DNA of 64,000 nucleotides from a virus. Lineage: Duplodnaviria > Caudoviricetes. Each line of letters opens with the position of its first letter. The stretch's first letter is position 1. This document shows, in pieces, positions 12,892 to 22,457 of the stretch. The notes below the pieces were generated by a model. It worked only from the letters and a program-made list of their open reading frames with translations, searched no databases and was not told where the DNA came from. The DNA lies in the IMG/VR virus record IMGVR_UViG_3300021400_000447, positions 17,403 to 81,402 of that record; one strand, given 5' to 3'. The position numbers and the translations under genes were made by a program.

Positions 12892-15474
12892 ATGGCGTAG
12901 CTTAAGTGTACACTAATTTAGGGCAGTGCTAGAATTACTGACACGCTCTATGTAAATAGTATTTTGAATAAAAACTTTAATACAGATTTATTAAACGTAA
13001 GTGTTGGCACAAGCGGATCTGATGTTGATTATGGCATTAATTATGTAGATGAGAATGGTACTGTAAAAATGCACATTGGTACTGCGCCGGGTGGTGGAAG
13101 TGGAATTTATGGGACTGGCGATATTTGGCTTAGGCCAGGCTCTGGCGCAATAAATACTGCATATGGCGCGAGAATGACAACGACATCTTTTTATCCAACA
13201 GCAACAGATGCATTAACTCTTGGCACATCTTCCATGAGATGGGGAGATTTGTTTGCAAACCATGCTGATATTAAAGGAGAACTTTTGATTTCTAGTGATA
13301 CCACAACATCCGATGACATCCCGGCTAGAATTAAATTCTAGGTTAACGACACTACAACAGGAAAAACTTATGAAAGATTTGTGTTTGGCGCATATCAAGA
13401 TCATAAAGCTACCGGTTCAACTGGCTTTAATTTTATTATTAATCCTGGTGGAGCTTTAATAATGGGTGGCGGAGAAAGTGCATAGAGTTTTTATTCAGCT
13501 CGCATGAAAAACAGCGGCGAGGAAAGCGCGCATTTATTAGCAGACACTTATATTTGCATTGAATCTAATGCTCAAACAATTGGTAACTAGAACGGTATGT
13601 ATATAAATAGTGATCATACAATTGTTCCATCAGTTAATAGCACATAGGCAAATAATGTCGGTTCAATAGGTAGCAGTGCGAATAAATGGGCTAATATGTA
13701 TGCGACTACGTTTCATGGCGATAAGGGTAAATTTAAAGCGACAGACGAGGACAATCTTGTTAATATTAGCACTGGCAAAAATCCATGGCCATATATTTCT
13801 TTTGGTTCGCTTGAAAACTCAAGTTCAACTTCATATAGTTTTGGCTCTGATGAAAAATGGGGACAAGTATATTGTCAAATTAGGGCGTCAAATAAAGCAG
13901 GAACAACATATTATGCGCCACGATTTTTCTTTAGGGTTTATAGTCCAGTAGCTAATTCACTTAGTCACGCTCAAACAACAGGCAACGATCCAAGTCCAAC
14001 CTATGAGACATATCAATTACCTGTCGTTACCACTGGTTTAACCAGTAATAAAACATATCAAATTTTAAATACAAAAGAATTATCTCCGATTACTGATATG
14101 ATATTCAGCTATGGTGGCGACACATCTAAAATTCCCGCATTAGACAATGGAACCGATCTTAATACACTAGGCATAGGTATTACACGAATAATTAATAGTA
14201 CTGCCGCAAAAACAATGTCAAACACACCAAATGGAACTAATATTAGTTGCGGAGGCACAGTATACACAATTGGTGGATACAACAATACAACAAGCCAATT
14301 TGGTATGCAAATTTACCGTGGTAGTAATCCGCAAAAAACATGGGTACGTTATGAAGGCAGCACGCATGGCACATATGGAGGATGGTATAAATTCCCTTAT
14401 ATCGCGCCAGCAGAAAGTTCGATTGGCGGTAGTACAACTAGCGTTTATGTTAATGGTTCTGGGCAATTAGTACAAGGTAGTGCATTTGTCCCAAAAACTG
14501 GCGGTGCGTTTACTGGGGATATTTCTACGAGTGGAAAATTAACCGTTGGAACAAATTTATATACCGGGCCAGATGGATCACATGGACTCAATATGAACAA
14601 CAGCGATCTTGTGAATGTTAATGGCATTTTCACAAAGGATCTCGCTGATACTTTTGGCGAAGGATATATGTTTAAACGTTCTAATAATAATTGGGATGGT
14701 TTTGCTGCTCATGATGGAATTTTCTATTTTGGCGCTAATTTGGGTGCATATAACAGCGGTTTAGGCGGAACAGCCACATTAAATGCTTATAATTTTATTC
14801 GTGATGGTATTAATACAAATTGGATACAAGGTCGTGATGCAGCCCTTTTAAAAATGTAGAGTAAAACTACTGCTGATCACTATAATGCGTGTATTAGTAT
14901 GGTCGGAACAACATATTCATGGGAAGAAGGATTATACACAAATGATACATTATGTTGGACAGCATGCCCAACATCTAACTATTCAACTAATACCAACAGT
15001 GGATATAAGCAAATGAAGCTCACGACAGACGGCGTTTTAGAGGCTATACAAGTTAAAAACGCAGTCTGGAATGACTACGCAGAATACCGTAAAACCAACC
15101 CAGACGTAAAATATGGCCAAACAGTAATCGATAACGATGATGGCTCACTATCCATCGCAAATGCACGCTTACTCCCTGGCGCACAAGTAGTATCCGACAC
15201 TTGGGGTCACATCATGGGCGAAACTGATGATGCAAAGACTCCAGTTGCAGTTGCTGGACGAGTTCTAGCCTATCCATATCGTGATAGAAATGAATATCAC
15301 GCAGGTCAAGCAGTTTGCACAGCACCAAATGGTACAATAGACATCATGACACGAGAAGAAATTCGTGACTATCCAGATTGTATTGTTGGAATAGTAAGCG
15401 AAATCCCATCATATGAAACATGGGGCAGCAACAATATTAATGTTGATGGACGCATTTGGATAAAAATAAAATAA
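12892..15474 (+). CDS. Tail fibre protein with C-terminal WNDYAE...GRV...GRIW.K chaperone-like domain
   Basis: AAAGGAGG RBS; MA(TAG)LK start; ORFs 12964, 13696 and 14899 in frame; ends TAA. Confidence 0.75.
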
Positions 15475-15558
15475 TTTAAATGATTCTTATTGAATAAATC
15501 TCACATAAATATAGAATAGATAGTATATCCAACTATCTAAATAAAAGAGGTGTTTTTT

Positions 15559-15879
15559 ATGGCTCAAATAATTTTTAATGGACTTTCTTCTAAGCCATTT
15601 ACTCTAAATTCTTACAATCGTACGACAACACTCGATGGCGCAAACAACATCTCCAGTACTGCTTATATGCAAATTATTCCAGATGGCAGCACTATTGCAA
15701 CATTAACCTCCCTAATGACACAGGGAATTAACCACATTCTAATTAAGAATGATGCTGGTGAAACTATTTATGTACTAGGCGATCTTGCTGGTAAAATCAC
15801 TTCCATGCAAGAAGCATTTAATGGCGGCGAACGTGTAGAGGTTTATCTAAACTTAACAACAAACGCCGCAGAACAATAA
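15559..15879 (+). CDS. Hypothetical protein
   Basis: GAGGTG RBS; clean ORF; followed by a terminator. Confidence 0.65.
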   Translation: MAQIIFNGLSSKPFTLNSYNRTTTLDGANNISSTAYMQIIPDGSTIATLTSLMTQGINHILIKNDAGETIYVLGDLAGKITSMQEAFNGGERVEVYLNLTTNAAEQ

Positions 15880-15880
15880 T

Positions 15881-15903
15881 AGGAGGGGCAACCCTCCTTT
15901 TTA
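15881..15903 (+). terminator. Intrinsic terminator
   Basis: AGGAGGG-GCAA-CCCTCCT followed by TTTT. Confidence 0.75.
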
Positions 15904-15927
15904 ATTACCTAAAAGGAAGTGATTGAT

Positions 15928-16185
15928 ATGAATATAATGAGTCGTCGCGGCCAACTAGATAATGTGGTCACATACGAGCACATTTGCGACACACGGGCGG
16001 ATATGGCTAATATTGATCCGCAATACATTACTTTAGGTACAATTTGTTTGGTTTTAAAGGGTGAAGTCGGTCTTGAAGTCTATATGGCTGGTAGTGATAA
16101 ACAATGGGTAGACATTCTTACAGCCTTTAATTCCCAAGAAGAAGAAACAACTCCTGATGAGGGCGATAACGGTGGTGAAGGATAA
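15928..16185 (+). CDS. Hypothetical tail-module protein
   Basis: AAAGGAAG RBS; acidic C-terminus; TAA overlaps the next ATG. Confidence 0.65.
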   Translation: MNIMSRRGQLDNVVTYEHICDTRADMANIDPQYITLGTICLVLKGEVGLEVYMAGSDKQWVDILTAFNSQEEETTPDEGDNGGEG

Positions 16186-18191
16186 TGGCGATTGATATAA
16201 TTGATGTTATATTAGGACGCGCATTGTCTTCAACCGGCCAGATAGATACATATGCTGCAAAGGCAGCCAAAGCAGCGAAGGACGCTACTGCTGCGGCAAC
16301 AAACGCGCAAACAGCAGTAACTAATATAACAACTATAACTGAAGAAACACAAGCAAATAATGAACTTGCGCAGCAAACTGTAACACAAGTACAGACTGCA
16401 TTGCAGGATTTGCAAAACGCAATTGATTCTATGGAATCTCCACAGATAGACATAGCCGCGGTTCAAGAAGAGATAAAGAAAATTTATTTCTACGAATTAA
16501 CGCACAATTATGGCACATCCGCGACCGGCACAGATTATTTTATTGTCTATCCAGATGGAGAAGAAGATGGACTTTTTTCTACAAAATTATACAAACAAAC
16601 AGGCCAGAATACCGATGCACCAATGACGCAAAAGGCAGTAACAGACGCAATATCTTCTGAAATTAATGTTGCAATTACTAACCTTTCTAACACAATTAAT
16701 CAGCGTATCAATAATCTTGTTATTGAAGGCGGTACTGGTTCTATTAATCTTGGTATGGATAATGAAGGCCATTTGATTATTGTAGGCCCAGATGGACAGC
16801 CAATTGCGGCATCCTCCACAGAAGAAGAATTGATAGAGGCTTTAGTAAAGTCTGGTTCTTATCACTTGAAAGGTAGTGTAGGCGTAGAGAATGACTATGA
16901 AAATAAAGTTACCCTTCGTTCACAGGATGCGCTAACCGATGGTTCATTAACTGAAGTCTTTGATGCGCTACCAATGTTTGGAGGCAGAAAGCGTTGCAAT
17001 GTAGATGATAACGGACAAATTACTGCCTTTTATGGTGACGCAAATTACGCTGAAGATGGCAGTAATGGTTAGGTTATGGTATATCAACCTAAATTCTACT
17101 ATTCTCGCGTTATTATTAAGTCTACATCTTCTACAAATGGTACAGCTATTCGTAAGGAAGCATTAATCTTAACACCCACAAAGCAAGGGCCAAATTTCAA
17201 AATCCATCCGCTATTTATAAATGAAGATGGAGAAGAAGTAGAATATGTGCTACTTGCCGCATATGATGGCTGTGTATATGATGCTTCTGACTCCGCTTAT
17301 GCAACAACATCTGCGCTTACTATTGATTATGCCAACGATAAACTTTCTTCTATTGCCGGCGCAAAACCAATTACAGGCGTTTATGGTAGCGGGTTAACCA
17401 TGACAAACGCAGAACAGCTCGCGCGCAATCGTGGCGCTGGATGGCACATCACCAATCTTGCGGCAGAAAGTGCACAATAGATGCTTATGATGACAGAATT
17501 TGGCTCACCTAACGGACAATTCTCATTAGAGCGCGGCATTGTTGACATCACAAGCGTAAGCGGGAAAAACTGTACATCCTTAACTGGCTCTACCAATATC
17601 CTTGGAAATGCAACTGGTGCAGCAGAAGTAACAACAAATGAGGCGGGTGGTAATGTACAAGATTACACTGTTGATGGTAAGCGCGCGATTAGCTATCGTG
17701 GAGTAGAAAATCCATGGGGTAACATTTGGCGTTATGTTGGAGGAACATTTATTTCCGGTCATGGCGCATCTAATGGCGGCCATCCATATGTATGTAAGAA
17801 TTTTAACTATAATTTTAGTGAAGATTCTGAAGATTTTGATCAGCTTCCATTTGTCCTTCCAGCCGCACATACATGGATTTATGCGCTAGCAGATTGCGGA
17901 GCAGATTATGACTGGGTTTATATGCCGATTGAGTGCTCTAGCAACCTTGCCAACAGTGCGTTACCTTTTGGTGACAATCTATGGACTTCACCAAGTCTAA
18001 ATGGCGTAAATTCTTGCTTGGCTGGCGGTAGTTGGGGCAGCGCAGAAAATGCTGGTATGTTCTACTATGGATGCGATATGGGTATTAATGAATCTGGTAA
18101 TTCAAGTGGTGCAAAGTTAATGTTCATTCCTCACAAAGATTCTATTTATCAAGCAAATTATACTAAATGGCAAGCATTAGCAGGAGGTTGA
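16185..18191 (+). CDS. Tail protein with C-terminal C-type-lectin (Mtd/FGE-like) fold
   Basis: ORFs 16185, 17076 and 17481 join through 2 TAG; YRGVENPWGNIW and GGSW...AG.F...G.KL motifs; ends TGA. Confidence 0.7.
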
Positions 18192-18196
18192 TAATA

Positions 18197-18442
18197 ATGG
18201 TTAATTATGGCATTGTGCATAGCGAATCATCTCCAGCTGAAATAGAGATTACAGATTATAACGTATATGTTGCAAGTAATATCCATCAATACCATGCAGA
18301 GATAGACGGGCATGAAGTAAACGGTTATGAATATAATTATGTTAAATACACAAAAGATGAATATATTCAATTGCTTGCATAGCAATCTCAACGTCTAGAG
18401 GAAGAACTCGCTGCCACTAAAATACTTTTGGGGGTGGAGTAA
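18197..18442 (+). CDS. Small tail-associated protein (1 TAG)
   Basis: GGAGG RBS; Y.KDEYI.L motif; TAA 18440-18442 after readthrough. Confidence 0.6.
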
Positions 18443-18445
18443 TCT

Positions 18446-18856
18446 ATGACATTAATTGAATTAGCACGTAAATTACGCCCCTTTATAGAAAAAGCAGCAA
18501 TTTCTCTTGATGATGCTGATGCACTTGAAGCAACAAATTTATTTCCAAATTGGACTGCCACTAAGGCTGACGGCTACAAAGCAGGTGAACGAGTAAGATA
18601 TGAAGGCATTTTGTACAAATGCCTACAAGATCATACTCCACAGGAAGATTGGAATCCAATCGCGGCGGCCAGTTTATGGGCAAAAGTATTGATCCCAGAC
18701 GAGAATGCAATCCCAGAGTGGGAGCAACCAAGCGCAAATAACGCATACAAAACTGGCGATAAAGTTATGTTTGAAGGAAAGGTTTATGAATCTTTAATTG
18801 ACAATAATGTATGGTCTCCCACAGCCTATCCGGCAGGGTGGAAAGAGATTCCATAA
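18446..18856 (+). CDS. Carbohydrate-binding (CBM5/12-like) small protein
   Basis: Two W....Y..G..V.Y.G..Y repeats (YKCLQDHT; YESLIDNNVWSP..YPAGW). Confidence 0.7.
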   Translation: MTLIELARKLRPFIEKAAISLDDADALEATNLFPNWTATKADGYKAGERVRYEGILYKCLQDHTPQEDWNPIAAASLWAKVLIPDENAIPEWEQPSANNAYKTGDKVMFEGKVYESLIDNNVWSPTAYPAGWKEIP

Positions 18857-18861
18857 AAAAA

Positions 18862-18890
18862 TTGACTTTTTCAAATATTTATGTTATAAT
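18862..18890 (+). promoter_or_regulatory. Sigma-A/70 promoter at the start of the early/tRNA region
   Basis: TTGACT-17 nt-TATAAT. Confidence 0.8.
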
Positions 18891-18974
18891 ACTTTTAGTG
18901 AATGGGAGATGAGATTCTCCCATCCACTAAAAATGCGGGAAAGGAACCGCAAGAAATAAGGAGAGGAACTTATT

Positions 18975-19325
18975 ATGATTCGTATTTATTCTGACAAGAC
19001 ACAGCGTTTCTATGATTCAGTAGAAGAGGCAACTAAGGCTGAAGTTGAAGCCAAGGAAGCCGAAAATCGTGAGAAGATTCTGGCCGAACGTAAGGCCGCT
19101 GAAGCGAAGGCGGCCAAGGCAAAGGAAGCGGCTGACCGCAAGGCTAAGGCAGATGAAATTGAAGCTCTGCGCAAGGCTATGGTAGCGGCGCAGCAGAAGT
19201 ATCGGGACGCCCTAACCGAGTTCTGCAAGAAGTATGGCACATATCACACTTCTATCAGCTCTGCCGATGGTATTCCTACACTATTTGATATGTTTGATGT
19301 ACCAAATCTACTTTCTCTACTGTAA
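18975..19325 (+). CDS. Hypothetical Ala/Lys/Glu-rich protein
   Basis: AAGGAG RBS; clean ORF, no TAG. Confidence 0.7.
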   Translation: MIRIYSDKTQRFYDSVEEATKAEVEAKEAENREKILAERKAAEAKAAKAKEAADRKAKADEIEALRKAMVAAQQKYRDALTEFCKKYGTYHTSISSADGIPTLFDMFDVPNLLSLL

Positions 19326-19349
19326 AAAACGGGGCGAAAGCCCCTTCAT

Positions 19350-19417
19350 CGGTATGTCGTTTGGAGCAAAGACCACATTATATAATGGTGACGAGAGTTT
19401 AAGTCTCTTCATACCGA
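19350..19417 (+). pseudogene. Degenerate tRNA-like element
   Basis: 7-bp acceptor CGGTATG/CATACCG and T-arm GAGAG-TTTAAGT-CTCTT; D arm and anticodon loop are non-canonical. Confidence 0.4.
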
Positions 19418-19424
19418 AAGTAAT

Positions 19425-19915
19425 CTGTGCTTGAACATGGATTGCAATGCTTCTAAAGAAGCGAATTTTCGTAAGGTTTTGTTCAGTTCAAGCTAAAAAA
19501 ATCTTACCGTGAGTTGTTTCTTATTCATGAATTACAGGTGGATAGGAAGATTGACGTTACAAATACCGAGAAACCCCTTCTTGTTAAGCTATTCCGGAGT
19601 AGCAAGGAACCTGTAGTCGGATTATTATACCCGTTAAAGTATAATAGCGGGCATCCAGCTATATCGAGGGCCGTTGAGACATCCGTTATTTGCTCGTCTT
19701 ACGCAGATGTAACATGCGTACTATGGCTTGCCGCAGCGATGTAAAAATTGCGGCCGCTCGGAGACAATACGCGATTGTTCCCGGCAAAATTGCTCGTAAG
19801 AAAGAAAATTATTGAATGTTTAACCGTGGATGTTTATGACCTTGTGGTTTCACAAGCGATAAAATGGAAGCTTAGTCAAATGTTTAATCATGAGTAATTC
19901 TTACGAGCGATTTTA
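19425..19915 (+). ncRNA. Candidate structured non-coding RNA of about 490 nt
   Basis: No credible ORF; 17-bp stem 19786-19802/19898-19914; TACAGGT/ACCTGTA 19533/19609; several hairpins. Confidence 0.55.
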
Positions 19916-19916
19916 T

Positions 19917-19945
19917 TTGACCAAAATGGGAAAATCAGCTATAAT
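19917..19945 (+). promoter_or_regulatory. Sigma-A promoter upstream of tRNA-Ser
   Basis: TTGACC-17 nt-TATAAT. Confidence 0.75.
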
Positions 19946-19958
19946 AAATATAGACAGT

Positions 19959-20044
19959 GGGGAGGTACCCAAGTGGCCGAAGGGAGCGACCTACTAAGTC
20001 GCCAGCGCCTCACGGCGGCGTGGGTTCGAATCCCACCCTCCCCG
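19959..20044 (+). tRNA. tRNA-Ser, unusual anticodon ACT
   Basis: Acceptor GGGGAGG/CCTCCCC; anticodon arm GCGAC-CT ACT AA-GTCGC; long variable arm; G73. Confidence 0.85.
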
Positions 20045-20066
20045 TTGAAAAGAAAGGAGCCATACT

Positions 20067-20732
20067 ATGGAGAAGTACCATAAAATTGAGACGATGTTTG
20101 AGCGCGATACCGAAGGTAAGCATCAGCTTCGTTACGGCGTGTTTCGTGATGAGACTGTTGAATATCTTTCTCACATGGATTGGGAATGGACTGAGAAGGT
20201 CGATGGTACGAACGTTCGTGTACATTGGGACGGCTATCATGTTGAATTTGGTGGCCGCACCGATAATGCACAGATGCCAGTCTTTCTTATGGAAAAGCTA
20301 ACGCAAATTTTCAAGACGCCCGCGGCTGAAGAGATGTTTGAGCAGCTTTTTGGAGAAAAAGATGTTATTCTCTTTGGCGAAGGATATGGTAATAGAATCC
20401 AGAAGGTTGGCTCTTGTTATATTCCTGATGGTGTTGGTTTTATCCTGTTCGATGTGATGATTGGCGGAAACTATCAGCCTCGTGATAGTGTTGTAAAGAT
20501 CGCAGAAGCGTTCTCTATTTCTGTTGTGCCGATTGTTGGGCGTGGAACTCTGTTCGATGCTCTTCGATATGTCGCAACGCATCCTACTTCCATTGTCGCG
20601 CAGAAGGAATGCGGAATGGAAGGCGTTGTTTGCCGACCAATGATTGAGCTTCGTGACCGTTGTGGTAAGCGTGTGATTGTTAAAATTAAGTGGAATGATG
20701 TAAAGGAGCTAATTGAAAGTGATCAGATTTAA
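20067..20732 (+). CDS. RNA ligase (Rnl2-like nucleotidyltransferase)
   Basis: Motif I TEKVDGTN, then LFGEGYG, FILFDV, EGVV, VKIK. Confidence 0.85.
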   Translation: MEKYHKIETMFERDTEGKHQLRYGVFRDETVEYLSHMDWEWTEKVDGTNVRVHWDGYHVEFGGRTDNAQMPVFLMEKLTQIFKTPAAEEMFEQLFGEKDVILFGEGYGNRIQKVGSCYIPDGVGFILFDVMIGGNYQPRDSVVKIAEAFSISVVPIVGRGTLFDALRYVATHPTSIVAQKECGMEGVVCRPMIELRDRCGKRVIVKIKWNDVKELIESDQI

Positions 20733-20931
20733 GATTAGTTATTGGGATGAAGATGCAAAAGACGCCATCACTGAACATGGTATTGCGGCAATTAAGACTT
20801 CAATTGGAGCTACTGTGGATGAAATTTATCAGTATTATGGCGCGGAGAACGTTTATGAACTATTCTTTTATGAGCTTGAGAGTTCAATTGTTCCTGATGA
20901 ACTACATGGTTTTCTTCGTGAGAATGAGTAA
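20719..20931 (+). CDS. Hypothetical protein
   Basis: AAGGAG RBS with GTG start; short acidic ORF. Confidence 0.55.
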   Translation: MIRFKISYWDEDAKDAITEHGIAAIKTSIGATVDEIYQYYGAENVYELFFYELESSIVPDELHGFLRENE

Positions 20932-20982
20932 TTGACTTTAGAAAAAAATTTTGATATAATACTTATAGACAGTGAGGGATGG

Positions 20983-21058
20983 GCTCCTGTGGCGCAGTTG
21001 GTAGCGCAACGGACTTTTAATCCGTGTGCCGCGGGTTCAAATCCCGCCAGGGGCACCA
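20983..21058 (+). tRNA. tRNA-Lys(TTT)
   Basis: Canonical cloverleaf; ACGGA-CT TTT AA-TCCGT; encoded CCA. Confidence 0.92.
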
Positions 21059-21060
21059 TT

Positions 21061-21240
21061 ATCCAAGACAGTAAGGATATAAAACTAAGCTGCGGTTTCT
21101 CACTCGAAGTCAGTAGAAGAGTGTGCGCTACACTTCGGAAATGGGAAGTGGGGATAAGCAAAGACCAGACCTGATGTTTTATGACGGTCGCCACGTAATG
21201 TGGAACAAAGGTAATTCCGTTCATAAGGCTATATGGAACA
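21061..21240 (+). ncRNA. Candidate structured intergenic RNA
   Basis: Begins with hairpin ATCC-AAGACAGTAA-GGAT; further hairpins CCAC/GTGG and GTTC..GAAC; no RBS-led ORF. Confidence 0.35.
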
Positions 21241-21244
21241 ACAA

Positions 21245-21319
21245 CGGGGAGTAGTTCAGTTTGGCTAGAATGGTCGATTTGGGATCGACAGGTCGCAAGT
21301 TCAAATCTTGTCTCCCCGA
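21245..21319 (+). tRNA. tRNA-Pro(TGG)
   Basis: CGGGGAG/CTCCCCG acceptor; GTCGA-TT TGG GA-TCGAC. Confidence 0.9.
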
Positions 21320-21321
21320 CT

Positions 21322-21790
21322 TGTCCAAGGCAGTGAGGACATTAAATTTATACTGTAACCTTACCCAAAGTTTATCTTTGGGAACATGGTGAAAACCGGA
21401 GCTGTGACGCCGGCCGGGATATAAAATTATTAGGCCACCGCTTATAGGAGAGATTGCTTAATGTGTTCTTCACTCCTTGCCCGTAAGCTAAATAAAGAAT
21501 CCTCACATTGCCGATGTAGTTAAAGCTACTACTGCCGGCGACCTCAGTGAAATTCTGGGGCGAGTACAATAAAAAAGCTTACAATGCATTTGGGTTGTAG
21601 GTATCCCTCTCCACGGAGGAAAACCTTCTATATGCTGACGAAAAACGGGAGACGAGAGAAGTGTTGGATGCTCTCACTGCGCGGGAAGTCGCAGAATCGC
21701 GGACTATGACCACCGACCCCGTCACATAGTGTAGTCAGTATTTTGGGCTTTGGTAAGAGGACCATATAAGTAGTTGATAGTGGAACAATA
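21322..21790 (+). ncRNA. Candidate structured non-coding RNA of about 470 nt
   Basis: Begins with hairpin TGTCC-AAGGCAGTGA-GGACA; multiple hairpins (CCCAAAG/CTTTGGG, GACTA..TAGTC); no credible ORF. Confidence 0.45.
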
Positions 21791-21800
21791 ACCCAAACTT

Positions 21801-21877
21801 CGGAACTTAACTCAGTTGGTTAGAGTGGCGGTCTTATAAACCGCAAGTCCTGGGTTCAAGTCCCAGAGTTCCGACCA
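21801..21877 (+). tRNA. tRNA-Ile, anticodon TAT (reads AUA)
   Basis: CGGAACT/AGTTCCG acceptor; GCGGT-CT TAT AA-ACCGC; encoded CCA. Confidence 0.9.
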
Positions 21878-21951
21878 TCTACCCAGCGTGCTGGGTGAAA
21901 TCTTTGGCGGGGATGTTCCCCGCCAATATTATAATCTAGGAGCATTTCTAA

Positions 21952-22236
21952 ATGGATCATTTTTATCGAATTATTGTATTTTTTCAAATTCCATCAGGCA
22001 CAAGACTTCCTAATTATGACACCGTAGGATATTATAAATATTTCAAAGATGCAGAACAATGTGTTAGAAATAATTCATATGACATAAACGAACAAGGTGC
22101 GCATCCAGCGGCTATGATTATTGAAACCGAATATGGCATGTATCCATTTTGTCCTGCTCGAGCATATTATGAATGGAAAAATGGGGAATATATTCGAGAA
22201 AAAGAACCTAAAGTGCTTCATGGATATAATATCTGA
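21952..22236 (+). CDS. Hypothetical protein
   Basis: AGGAG RBS; clean ORF. Confidence 0.6.
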   Translation: MDHFYRIIVFFQIPSGTRLPNYDTVGYYKYFKDAEQCVRNNSYDINEQGAHPAAMIIETEYGMYPFCPARAYYEWKNGEYIREKEPKVLHGYNI

Positions 22237-22308
22237 TCTAAAAATTTGACCTCTAATAAAAATTTTGCTATAATATATATGCAAGGTTGAGAGAAGGAGC
22301 TGATTCCT

Positions 22309-22434
22309 ATGCCGGATGATTTCGTAACGAATGATTCATATGACGCATATGATGCTGATTATGAAGAAGAAGAACAGACTTGGGACGAGTATTGCCGAGA
22401 ACTGGCGCGGGAAAGCGATGATTTGACAGATTAA
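22309..22434 (+). CDS. Very acidic 41-aa protein
   Basis: AAGGAG RBS just after promoter 22246; MPDDFVTNDSYDAYDADYEEEEQTWDEYCRELARESDDLTD. Confidence 0.55.
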   Translation: MPDDFVTNDSYDAYDADYEEEEQTWDEYCRELARESDDLTD

Positions 22435-22451
22435 AAAAATTATGATATAAT
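22423..22451 (+). promoter_or_regulatory. Sigma-A promoter driving the leader and suppressor tRNA
   Basis: TTGACA-17 nt-TATAAT. Confidence 0.8.
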
Positions 22452-22457
22452 TTATTA

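Noticed and set aside
16185-18191. Diversity-generating retroelement target
   Set aside because: The C-terminus has a CLec-like fold, but no reverse transcriptase or adenine-variant template repeat is visible in this window; it could lie elsewhere in the genome.
175-18442. Pseudogenisation or sequencing error as the cause of fragmented tail ORFs
   Set aside because: All interruptions are TAG, never frameshifts or TAA/TGA, and they align with Gln in paralogous repeats.
19030-19200. KAAEAKAAKAKEAA-type low-complexity runs (also 60690-60775)
   Set aside because: These are ordinary charged helical segments of proteins, not DNA repeat elements.
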